This document shows positions 8,624-16,978 of a DNA stretch of 39,726 bases, piece by piece (positions within the stretch are counted from its first letter, which is position 1; the number at the start of each line of letters is the position of its first letter). The notes under the pieces were generated by a model that worked only from the letters and a program-made list of their open reading frames with translations, ran no database searches and had not been told where the DNA came from. Both the position numbers and the translations under genes were made by a program. The stretch lies in IMG/VR virus record IMGVR_UViG_3300032295_002428, positions 1 to 39,726 of that record; one strand, written 5' to 3'. The DNA comes from a virus. Taxonomy: Duplodnaviria; Caudoviricetes.

Positions 8624-10374
8624 TGGAACTGAACCTGACCAGCAGCGTCGACAAACAATCCCAGCCCTACGGCGGGGAGGAGGAGAGCTCTGCTGCTGCG
8701 CGATACCAACAGCTGGTCACCAACCGTGACGCCTACCTCCAGCGGGCACGGGACTGCAGCAAGGTCACCATCCCTTCACTGATCCCTGATCAGAACTTCG
8801 GGGATCGTGGTCGACTCAAGACCCCGTACCAATCCCTTGGCGCGCGGGGTGTGAACTACCTGGCCAGCAAACTGCTGATCACCCTGTTCCCACCCAACGC
8901 TGCGTTCTTCAAGCTTGAGATCGACGACCTGGCCCTGCGTGTTTCTGACGCTGGCCCAGAGATCAAGACCGAGCTGGACACTGCACTGGTCAGGGTGGAG
9001 CGGGCAGTGATGTCCGTGCTCGAGGTGGCCAATGGCCGGGCCTCCATGCACGAGGCGTTCAAGCACCTGCTGGTTGGTGGCAACGTCCTGCTCTACGTCG
9101 CTGAAGACGGGATCCGGGTCATCCACCTCAGCCGCTACGTCGTGTGTCGTGACCCCATGGGCAACGTCACCGAGATCGTGGTGGAGGAGGAGGTCTACCC
9201 CGAGGCCCTGCCCGAAGGATTCCTTCCTGAGGATCCAGAGGAGGAGGAGTACAAGTCGGGGCAGAAGACCGTCAAGCTCTACACCTATGTGGAGTACGAA
9301 GACGACAAGTGCCATTGGTGGCAGGAGTCCAAGGGCAAGGAGATCCCTGGTACTCACGGCATGTGCAAGGCGGACGTGTCCCCTTGGATCCCTCTCCGGT
9401 TCAACCGGGTGGACTCCGAGGAGTACGGCCGCTCCTATGTCGAGGAGTACTACGGCGACCTGCTGGCTCTCGAGTCCCTCTACCAGGCGGTGCTCGAAGG
9501 GTCAGCTGCTGCAGCCAAGATCCTGTTCCTCGTCAACCCCAACGGAACAACCCGTCCTCGCACCCTGCAGAACGCAGAGAACGGTGCGATCGTCCAAGGC
9601 AATGCTGCCGACGTCAGTGTCATCCAGAGCCAGAAGGTTCAGGACCTTGGCATTGCACAGAGCACCATCGATCGGATCGAAGGTCGACTGCAGTTCGCCT
9701 TCCTGCTGAACACCGCCATCCAACGCCCGGGTGAACGGGTGACAGCAGAGGAGATCCGGTTCATGAGCCAGGAACTGGAGGCTGGCATCGGCGGTCTCTA
9801 TTCGATCCTGACCCAAGAGCTTCAGCTGCCACTGGTCCGTCGACTTATGCACGTTCTGCATCGTCAGCGGAAACTGCCTGCCTTCCCGAAGACATCGCAG
9901 GGTGGCAAGGACATCGTTCACCCCAGGCCCGTCACCGGACTGGAGGCCATCGGCCGAGGGGACGATCGCAACAAGCTGGTGGAGTTCATCACCACTGCAC
10001 AGCAGGTGCTTGGTCCAGAGATCATGGCCAAGTACATCAACGTCGATGAGGCACTGCGTCGCCTTGCGGCCAGCAACAGCATCGACACCACCAACTTGGT
10101 CAAGTCTCCCGAGCAACTTGCCGGTGAAGCTGCACAGGCTCAGGCCATGCAGCAACAGCAAGCACAGCAGGAGACCATCACCAACCTCATGACCTCGCCA
10201 GCAATGGCGCAGGTTGCCCAGAACTACACACAACCAGGAGCTCCTTATGGCCCGCAGATCACTGCAGACGGGGGGCCAAACACTGCCCTCCCAACAAGAT
10301 CAACCCTTGCAGACGCCGCCGCCGGTATCCCTAATGGGACCCCCGGCGGAGGTGCCCCAGCCGGAGCCGGTTGA
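8623..10374 (+). CDS. gp8: head-to-tail connector (portal protein)
   Basis: PYQSLGARGVNYLASKL..LFPPN..FF, YGRSYVEEYYGDL, ERVTAEEIR, TGLEAIGRG.D. Confidence 0.96.
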   Translation: MELNLTSSVDKQSQPYGGEEESSAAARYQQLVTNRDAYLQRARDCSKVTIPSLIPDQNFGDRGRLKTPYQSLGARGVNYLASKLLITLFPPNAAFFKLEIDDLALRVSDAGPEIKTELDTALVRVERAVMSVLEVANGRASMHEAFKHLLVGGNVLLYVAEDGIRVIHLSRYVVCRDPMGNVTEIVVEEEVYPEALPEGFLPEDPEEEEYKSGQKTVKLYTYVEYEDDKCHWWQESKGKEIPGTHGMCKADVSPWIPLRFNRVDSEEYGRSYVEEYYGDLLALESLYQAVLEGSAAAAKILFLVNPNGTTRPRTLQNAENGAIVQGNAADVSVIQSQKVQDLGIAQSTIDRIEGRLQFAFLLNTAIQRPGERVTAEEIRFMSQELEAGIGGLYSILTQELQLPLVRRLMHVLHRQRKLPAFPKTSQGGKDIVHPRPVTGLEAIGRGDDRNKLVEFITTAQQVLGPEIMAKYINVDEALRRLAASNSIDTTNLVKSPEQLAGEAAQAQAMQQQQAQQETITNLMTSPAMAQVAQNYTQPGAPYGPQITADGGPNTALPTRSTLADAAAGIPNGTPGGGAPAGAG

Positions 10375-10471
10375 ACTGGTCATCGGGCAAGTCCCTGAAC
10401 CCAAGGCCAAGGAACCCGAGGCCCGCCCTGAAGTGACAGTCGACGAAGACGGAATCACCACCATCAACTGA
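10247..10471 (+). CDS. small acidic/Pro-rich protein overlapping the portal 3' end
   Basis: AGGAG 6 nt before ATG 10247; stops 4 nt before the scaffold ATG and fills the portal-scaffold gap. Confidence 0.55.
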   Translation: MARRSLQTGGQTLPSQQDQPLQTPPPVSLMGPPAEVPQPEPVELVIGQVPEPKAKEPEARPEVTVDEDGITTIN

Positions 10472-10475
10472 ACCC

Positions 10476-11312
10476 ATGCCTGAAGGAATCACCATCACGG
10501 AACCCCAGTCTCCTGCTCTCTCTCCAGAGAACGAGGAGATGCTCAAGGCCATGGCCGGTCAGGAGGAGCAATCCTCCGCCGAGCTGTTGGCTGGCAAGTA
10601 CAAGTCAGTCGAAGAACTCGAGAAGGGGTACAAAGAGCTTCAGTCCAAACTCGGCAACCGCACCGAACCGACTGGAAGCGAGACGTCCCAAGACGATGAA
10701 GGCAATCAAGACGGGGAAGCCGATCAGGAAACTCCAGAACCCTCTGGCGATGCCAAGGAGATCTACGGAGAGTTCATCGGTTCCCGCCTCGAGGAGGCTG
10801 GCATCGACTTCGGTGACATGAACACCCGCTGGCAACAGACGGGTGAGCTGACGGGGGAGGACTACACCCAACTGGAGGAGGCTGGCTTTGCCAAGCCTAT
10901 GGTCGACGCCTACTTGGCGGGCCTCCAGTACAAAGCCGCACAAGACAGCGACCTGTCTGCTCAGCAGATCTCCTCGATCAAGGCTGAGTTCGGTGGCGAT
11001 CAGGGTTACAACCAGATGCTCGAGTGGGCTGGCAGCAACCTGACCCAGGAAGAGATCGAGGGCTTCAACCAGATCGTCAATGGCAACAACCTTGCCTCCA
11101 TCAAGCTGGCAGTCTCTGGTCTCCATGCCAGGTACAGCCAAGCTTCTGGTCGTGAACCCAAGCTGATTGGTGGTCGTGCTGCCAAGTCCAGCAACGATCG
11201 TTTTGAATCCTCAGCTCAGTTGATTGAGGCAATGTCTGATCCTCGGTACAACAACGATCCCGCCTATCGCCGAAAGATTCAGGACAAACTTTCCCGGTCT
11301 TCAATCTTCTAG
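10476..11312 (+). CDS. gp9: capsid assembly/scaffolding protein
   Basis: LLAGKYKSVEELEKGYKEL, GG..GY..MLEWA, AMSDPRY..DPAYR; acidic; precedes capsid. Confidence 0.92.
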   Translation: MPEGITITEPQSPALSPENEEMLKAMAGQEEQSSAELLAGKYKSVEELEKGYKELQSKLGNRTEPTGSETSQDDEGNQDGEADQETPEPSGDAKEIYGEFIGSRLEEAGIDFGDMNTRWQQTGELTGEDYTQLEEAGFAKPMVDAYLAGLQYKAAQDSDLSAQQISSIKAEFGGDQGYNQMLEWAGSNLTQEEIEGFNQIVNGNNLASIKLAVSGLHARYSQASGREPKLIGGRAAKSSNDRFESSAQLIEAMSDPRYNNDPAYRRKIQDKLSRSSIF

Positions 11313-11340
11313 TAGGGTTACAAGGCAACGCAGGGCGCGA

Positions 11341-11370
11341 GACCCTTGGTGAAAACCAGGGGTTTTTTAT
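11341..11370 (+). terminator. intrinsic terminator after the scaffold gene
   Basis: GACCCTTGGT-GAAA-ACCAGGGGTT stem with a GNRA loop, running into a T-tract. Confidence 0.75.
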
Positions 11371-11399
11371 TGGCTTGACTTTGCTCTACCATTCATTCA

Positions 11400-11498
11400 C
11401 CTAGACCCGCTCACTGAAGCGACGGCCCTCCGAGGAGGACACCCCCAGTAGAAGGGAGATTGAGGTCGGGACAAACCCAACTTCTCTAGGAGGCCGCA
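11400..11498 (+). promoter_or_regulatory. structured leader and RBS (AGGAGG) of the major capsid gene
   Basis: CCTC-CGAG-GAGG hairpin 11427-11438, GGG-ACAAA-CCC 11468-11478, CCTAGA 11400-11405 complementary to TCTAGG 11485-11490 which overlaps the SD. Confidence 0.5.
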
Positions 11499-12482
11499 AT
11501 GGCTGCACCTGACTTTTCCGCTTCCAGGCTTGGCCTGGTAAACAATGCCGGTGGTGGTACCTGGGCAGGCGACAACGCTCTGTTCCTTCAGGTCTGGGCC
11601 GGTGAAGTGCTGACCGCCTTCCGCAAGGCCACCATCTTCGAGGGCCTGCACACCGTCCGCACCATCGGTTCTGGCAAGAGCGCCAGCTTCCCGATCCTTG
11701 GTCTGACCAGTGCTGCGTATCACACGCCCGGCACGATGCTGACCGGCAACCAGATCAAGGGTGCCGAGGCCGTCATCAAGATCGACGACAAGCTGGTGTC
11801 GAACGTCTTCATCGCTGACATCGATGAGGCCAAGAACCACTACGACGTCCGCTCGCCCTACTCCAGCGAGATGGGCAATGCTCTGGCCTACCGCTACGAC
11901 CAGAACATCGCAGCCACCATTGCCAAGGCTGCTCGTACCACCACCAACTTCAACACCGATCTGCCCGGCGGCACCCGCATCAAGATCGTTGCCACGTCCA
12001 AGGCTGCCATCACTGGCTCCCAACTGGCCGCTGCACTCTTCAGTGCTGCCACCCAGATGGATGTGAACAACCTGCCCGAGAACGATCGCTATTGCGTCCT
12101 GGCTCCGGCCGAGTACTACAAGCTCGTCCAGACCACCGACGTGATCAACCGTGACTGGGGCGGTGCTGGCGCCTATGCCGACGGCACCGTGCTGCGTGTT
12201 GCTGGCATCACCATCCTCAAGTCGAACCACCTGCCCACCACCAACCGGACCACCACCGCTGGTGAGCAGAACGACTACACCGGCAACTTCACTGATTGCG
12301 TTGCCCTTGCCTTCAACAAGCAAGCGGTGGGCACTGTGAAGCTCATGGATCTGAAGATGGAGCAGACTGGTTCTGACGTCCACGCCCTCTGGCAGGGCAC
12401 CTTCATGGTGGCCAGCATGGCCCTCGGCACCGGGGTTCTTCGCCCTGATTGCGCCGTGGAGATCTACACCGCCACCAGCTGA
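11499..12482 (+). CDS. gp10: major capsid protein
   Basis: ALFLQVWAGEVLTAF, RTIGSGKSASFP, IDDKL, YDVRSPYS.EMGNALA, LRPDCAVEI; strong SD; strongly biased codons. Confidence 0.97.
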   Translation: MAAPDFSASRLGLVNNAGGGTWAGDNALFLQVWAGEVLTAFRKATIFEGLHTVRTIGSGKSASFPILGLTSAAYHTPGTMLTGNQIKGAEAVIKIDDKLVSNVFIADIDEAKNHYDVRSPYSSEMGNALAYRYDQNIAATIAKAARTTTNFNTDLPGGTRIKIVATSKAAITGSQLAAALFSAATQMDVNNLPENDRYCVLAPAEYYKLVQTTDVINRDWGGAGAYADGTVLRVAGITILKSNHLPTTNRTTTAGEQNDYTGNFTDCVALAFNKQAVGTVKLMDLKMEQTGSDVHALWQGTFMVASMALGTGVLRPDCAVEIYTATS

Positions 12483-12492
12483 CGGTTTACCC

Positions 12493-12510
12493 GGGGGGCT
12501 TCGGCCCCCC
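12493..12510 (+). terminator. GC hairpin after capsid (T-phi-like position; weak terminator or mRNA stabiliser)
   Basis: GGGGGGC-TTCG-GCCCCCC with a C(UUCG)G tetraloop; followed by TCCCCTTTCC rather than a pure U-tract. Confidence 0.55.
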
Positions 12511-12532
12511 TCCCCTTTCCCCGGAGCTCACC

Positions 12533-13141
12533 ATGGCGCTTGCTCGTACCACATTTCTGGAGGCCGTGAACCGGGTTCTTCAGATGATGGGGGAGGCTCC
12601 GGTCAACGGACTTGATGGGCAGTACGGCTTGGCACAGCAAGCCCAGACCATGCTCGATGAGATCAGTCGACGGATCCAGTCAGAAGGCTGGTCGTTCAAC
12701 ACAGACTTTGAAGCAACCCTGATGAGGGATGCCGTCACCAACGAGATTTCGGTGGGCTCCAACGTCAGCAAGGTGGTCGTCGATCCATACCTCTACACCG
12801 ACGTCGATGTCGTTCAGCGGGGCAGCAGGCTCTACGACAGGCGGAGCAACTCCTACTCCTTCACCGTCGACCTGAAGGTGGACATCACCTACATCCTCGA
12901 GTGGGAGGAACTGCCGGAGTACGCCCGGGAGTACATCACCACCAAGGCTGGTCGTCACCTGCAGGAAGCGATCCTTGGCAGTGCTGACCTGACACGCATC
13001 AACATGGCAGCAGAGGCTGAGGCACGGTCTGCATTCCTCGAGCAGGAGACCACAACCAGTCAGCCCAACATGCTGAGGGGGAACCCCAACCACACCGGGG
13101 TCTTCATGACCTTCATGCCCAGCCGTGCCCTGCAGCGTTGA
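12533..13141 (+). CDS. gp11: tail tubular protein A
   Basis: LEAVN..L..MGEAPV, IQSEGWSFNT, RGSRLYD, ELPEYAREYI; GGAG SD. Confidence 0.93.
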   Translation: MALARTTFLEAVNRVLQMMGEAPVNGLDGQYGLAQQAQTMLDEISRRIQSEGWSFNTDFEATLMRDAVTNEISVGSNVSKVVVDPYLYTDVDVVQRGSRLYDRRSNSYSFTVDLKVDITYILEWEELPEYAREYITTKAGRHLQEAILGSADLTRINMAAEAEARSAFLEQETTTSQPNMLRGNPNHTGVFMTFMPSRALQR

Positions 13142-13144
13142 GCC

Positions 13145-15793
13145 ATGCCCCTTGTTTCCAGCTCCATCCCCAACCTGATCAATGGGATCAGCCAGCAACC
13201 GGCTGCCTTGCGGTTGGCCAGTCAAGCCGAGGTGGTCGTCAACTGCCTGCCAAGCCCGGTAGAGGGACTGCGGAAGCGGCCACCCAGTAACCACATCGCC
13301 AAGCTGTTCAACGGCACAGCTGGCACCGGTCGTCCGTTCACCACCATCGTCGATCGAGACGGGGTGATTCGGTACCTGATCCTGATCCAGGACAACGCCA
13401 TCAAGGTCTTTGGCTTGGATGGATCGGTGAAGACTGTGGCCACACCAGATGGCACGTCCTACCTGGACATCACCGGTGAACCCAGTGCCACGTTCCGTGT
13501 GGCATCGGTGGCTGACTACACCTTCATCGTCAACCGAGAGAAGACGGTTGCGATGTCAGCAACGACATCACCGTCGTGGGGCACCAAGTCGATGGTGTTC
13601 ATCAAGTCAGCTGAGTACGCCACCACATACAGCATCACTGTCAACAGCACAACTGTCAGTTACACCACGTTGCCTGTTGGTGGAAAGAGTATCTCTGCCT
13701 CCTATGCAAGATCATCCAACACAGTCACAGTCACTGCAACTGCTCATGGTTTGGCAACTGGAGATCTGATCAACATAAGCTTTCAGTCTGGTGCTGGCAC
13801 GGCTGGTACTTTTACAATTACCGTGACAGGTGCAAATACATTTACCTACACAGACCCAGTTGGGGGAACGACTTCGGGCAATTGCACCGTCATCTACCAG
13901 CCCAATTATTCGCCAAGCACTGTTGAGATTGCAACTGCTTTGCATGCATCACTTGCCACTGCGCTGGGTGCAGGTTGGACAATCACCAATGGCGCTGGTC
14001 ACTACGTCGTCCGCATCACAAAGAACGACGGCACCGACTACACGCTTTCGTCAAATGACACAAAGACAGGGCTGGCAACGGTAGCCATCAAGGGAACCAT
14101 TGACGCCATCACCGATCTACCAATCACAGCCGAACACGGATTCATCGTCAAGATCCAAGGTTCTATCTCCACCGGTCTCGACGACTACTACGTCAAGTTC
14201 GTCGCCAACGCTGGCTCAGGGTTTGGCCACGGCATCTGGCAGGAAACGGTGGCCCCTGGCATCCAGTACTTGTTCGATGCAGCGACCATGCCCCATGTGC
14301 TGGTCAGGGAAAACGACGGCACCTTCACATTCAGGAAGTTCACTTGGTCTGGTCGCATTGCCGGTGACGAGAACACTGCTCCAACCCCCAGCTTTGTCGG
14401 CAGCAAGATCCAGAACATCAACCTGTTCCGCAACCGCCTGACGCTTCTGGCTGACGAGAACGTCATCCTGTCGGCCGCTGATGCCTTCGATCGCTTCTGG
14501 CCGGAGACGGTGCAGACGCTCGTGGACAGCGATCCGATCGACCTGACGACCGGTGGGAGGAAGATCAACTTCCTGATCAGCAGCTTGGCCTTTGCCAACA
14601 CCCTGCTGCTGTTCAGCCGCCATGGCCAGTTCCGTCTGGACAGTGGCACGTCGATCGGATCAAGCCTGACTCCGAAGACGGCCAACGTCACCACGGTCAC
14701 GACGTTCGAGATGCTCGACAACGTGGATCCGGTGGGCGTCGGTCGGACGATCTACTTCGCCATCCCCAAGGGGGACTACAGCGGGCTCAGGGAGTTCTTC
14801 CTGCCAGATGCCAGCGGCCCGATCCCCCTCTCTGAGGAGGTGACGTCGTCCATTCCCCGGTACCTGCCACTCAACCTCTCGACACTGACCGCTTCGGTGT
14901 CAGAGGAGTGCATGGTCCTGATCGGCAAGGATCAGCCCAAGCGGATCTACCTCTACAAGTTCTACTTCGAGGATGACAAGAAGCTCCAGTCCTCTTGGTC
15001 CTACTGGGAGTTCTCCAGTGCCAAGACTGTGATTGGCGCTGACATGGTCGACAACGATCTCTATGCAGTGATCGAGTACAGCAATGGTGTCTACCTCGAG
15101 AGGATCCAGCTCCGTCCTGACAACGTGGACACCGGCAGCACCATCGAGTTGGGTGTCGATCGGAAGGCGAGTGAAGCCAGCTGCTCAGTGGCGCTGACCA
15201 ACCCTGCTGGCCTGGACGTCCAGAGCACCATCACCCTGCCGTACCCCATTGCCAGCGGCAGTTCCATGGTGGTGGTCGGTCGTCTCTATGCCGGGAACAC
15301 CCTGCAGCACGGACAGATCCTGACCCCCATCAGTCAGACGACGTCAGGTGGTGCTGGTGGCAATGGCACCTTGGTGGTCCGTGGTGATCTGACGGCAGCC
15401 AAGTTCTACGTCGGTGAGACGTACCAGATGCTGTATCAGTTCTCCACCCAGTTCCTGAAGGAGCAACCACCCGGTGGTGGCATGGCGGTGATCGCTGGCC
15501 CCAAGCTGCAGCTGCGGACCTGGAGTCTGATCTTCGACAAGAGCAGTCACTTCCAACTGCAGGTCACTCCTCGGAACCGGGACACCTACGTCTACCCCTA
15601 CAACGGTGTCGAGATCGGTGATTCCGAGATCAGCATTGGGGAGCCTGGCATCAGAACCAGTTCGTTCAGAGTCCCAGTGATGGCTCAGAATATCGATGCC
15701 AAGATCGAGATCGTCAGCAGCAGTCCACTGCCCTGTCGGATCCAATCTGCTGAATGGGAAGGATGGTATCACTCCAGAGCTACCCGACTGTGA
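13145..15793 (+). CDS. gp12: tail tubular protein B (nozzle)
   Basis: IPNLINGISQQP, GLRKRP, DYTFIVN, WQETV, MPHVL, PSFVG, FRNRL, SDPID, QSSWS, EWEG. Confidence 0.94.
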   Translation: MPLVSSSIPNLINGISQQPAALRLASQAEVVVNCLPSPVEGLRKRPPSNHIAKLFNGTAGTGRPFTTIVDRDGVIRYLILIQDNAIKVFGLDGSVKTVATPDGTSYLDITGEPSATFRVASVADYTFIVNREKTVAMSATTSPSWGTKSMVFIKSAEYATTYSITVNSTTVSYTTLPVGGKSISASYARSSNTVTVTATAHGLATGDLINISFQSGAGTAGTFTITVTGANTFTYTDPVGGTTSGNCTVIYQPNYSPSTVEIATALHASLATALGAGWTITNGAGHYVVRITKNDGTDYTLSSNDTKTGLATVAIKGTIDAITDLPITAEHGFIVKIQGSISTGLDDYYVKFVANAGSGFGHGIWQETVAPGIQYLFDAATMPHVLVRENDGTFTFRKFTWSGRIAGDENTAPTPSFVGSKIQNINLFRNRLTLLADENVILSAADAFDRFWPETVQTLVDSDPIDLTTGGRKINFLISSLAFANTLLLFSRHGQFRLDSGTSIGSSLTPKTANVTTVTTFEMLDNVDPVGVGRTIYFAIPKGDYSGLREFFLPDASGPIPLSEEVTSSIPRYLPLNLSTLTASVSEECMVLIGKDQPKRIYLYKFYFEDDKKLQSSWSYWEFSSAKTVIGADMVDNDLYAVIEYSNGVYLERIQLRPDNVDTGSTIELGVDRKASEASCSVALTNPAGLDVQSTITLPYPIASGSSMVVVGRLYAGNTLQHGQILTPISQTTSGGAGGNGTLVVRGDLTAAKFYVGETYQMLYQFSTQFLKEQPPGGGMAVIAGPKLQLRTWSLIFDKSSHFQLQVTPRNRDTYVYPYNGVEIGDSEISIGEPGIRTSSFRVPVMAQNIDAKIEIVSSSPLPCRIQSAEWEGWYHSRATRL

Positions 15794-16263
15794 TCGCCTA
15801 CACCCGGAAGGCTCGGCTTTCTGACATCCGGGTGGTGGCTGACAACATGCGGGCAGAGGATGTGGCTGAAGTCAAGGCTCACTCAGGAGCTCTTCCTGAT
15901 CAGGCCTTGCTTGCTTCCTACCTGCACAGCCAACCGTGCATGTCGATCGTCAGCCGTCACGGCAATGTCATTGGCATGTGGGGTGTTGTTCCCCAAGGGG
16001 ACAAGGTTGGAAGGATCTGGATGCTTGGCACCCAGGCCATGTTTGACGATGAGAGAGACCGTCGCACTTTCTTGCGGCAGTCAAAGGAAATGATCCGTGA
16101 ACTTCACCATCAATTCACTCTTCTTTTCAATGAGGTTGATGCACGGAACAAGGTTCATGTCCGTTGGCTGCGCTGGATGGGCTTTACGTTTGTCCGGTAT
16201 CGTCCAAACTATGGTGTGGAAGGGAGACCTTTTTACGAGTTCTGCAGGGTGAGCCATGTGTGA
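15790..16263 (+). CDS. gp13: internal virion protein A (gp13-like, GNAT-like fold)
   Basis: R.ED..EV.A, G.IWML.T, N.VDARN.VH.RWL.WMGF; GTGA overlap with gp12. Confidence 0.82.
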   Translation: MIAYTRKARLSDIRVVADNMRAEDVAEVKAHSGALPDQALLASYLHSQPCMSIVSRHGNVIGMWGVVPQGDKVGRIWMLGTQAMFDDERDRRTFLRQSKEMIRELHHQFTLLFNEVDARNKVHVRWLRWMGFTFVRYRPNYGVEGRPFYEFCRVSHV

Positions 16264-16975
16264 CGCGGGTTTGACTCTTGGTTTGATCAGTGGTGGCTTG
16301 GGCATCGCTCAGAGCGTTGCTGGCTACCAACAGGCGCAGCAGCAGACGGCCTACGCCAATGCATCTGCCCAGCAAAACTTCGTGTTCCAGCAGATGCAGG
16401 CTTCCGCTGGTCGGCACTTCGAGCAGATGCGGGAGAACCAGCAGAACGCAGTCATCGATCAGAACCGGTTCCTTGCTGACAAGGCGTACCAAGACGAGAT
16501 CAGTCAGCTGAACCTGCGGCTGACGCAGGAGCAGGAAGCTGCAGCACAGAAGCAGCAGGAGGCCAGCAAGCAAGGGATGCAGCTGCGTGGTGAGGTTGTG
16601 GCCAGTGGCCGGACAGGGGCCAGTGTCGACAACCTGATCGCCGACTACTACCGACAGCAGGCGGCCTTCGACTACGCCACACAGAGGAACCTGGCCTTCA
16701 CTGGAGCGCAGATCCAGCAGCAGAAGGTGTCCAGTGCAGCGACACGCGGCAGTCGCATTGCCAGCCAGCAACCGTACATTCAGCAACCGATCCTCGATCC
16801 GATGGCGCCGATGGCGCAACCGGAGCCAAGCGCATTGCCGTACGTCCTTGGCGGCATGAGTGCTGGCATCAGTGGGTTCACGTCCGGCTACGAGACAGGG
16901 GCGAGGTTCAAGGCTTCAAACATCAAGTCCCCACCTCCCGGACCCAAACTCCCTCCCCTTCCCCGCAAGGCATAA
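16256..16975 (+). CDS. internal virion protein B (gp14-like)
   Basis: MC start, hydrophobic N-terminus, Q/A-rich coiled coil, G.SVD.L motif; synteny. Confidence 0.75.
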   Translation: MCDAGLTLGLISGGLGIAQSVAGYQQAQQQTAYANASAQQNFVFQQMQASAGRHFEQMRENQQNAVIDQNRFLADKAYQDEISQLNLRLTQEQEAAAQKQQEASKQGMQLRGEVVASGRTGASVDNLIADYYRQQAAFDYATQRNLAFTGAQIQQQKVSSAATRGSRIASQQPYIQQPILDPMAPMAQPEPSALPYVLGGMSAGISGFTSGYETGARFKASNIKSPPPGPKLPPLPRKA

Positions 16976-16978
16976 ACC

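Noticed and set aside
11375-11403. TTGACT as the -35 of a canonical sigma70 promoter
   Set aside because: The nearest -10-like hexamer (TACCAT) is only 6 nt away; nothing suitable at 16-18 nt
12449-12533. -1 frameshift fusing capsid to gp11 (T7 10B-like), since the -1 frame is open from 12449
   Set aside because: No slippery heptamer between the -1 frame stop (12446-12448) and the capsid stop; gp11 has its own GGAG and ATG
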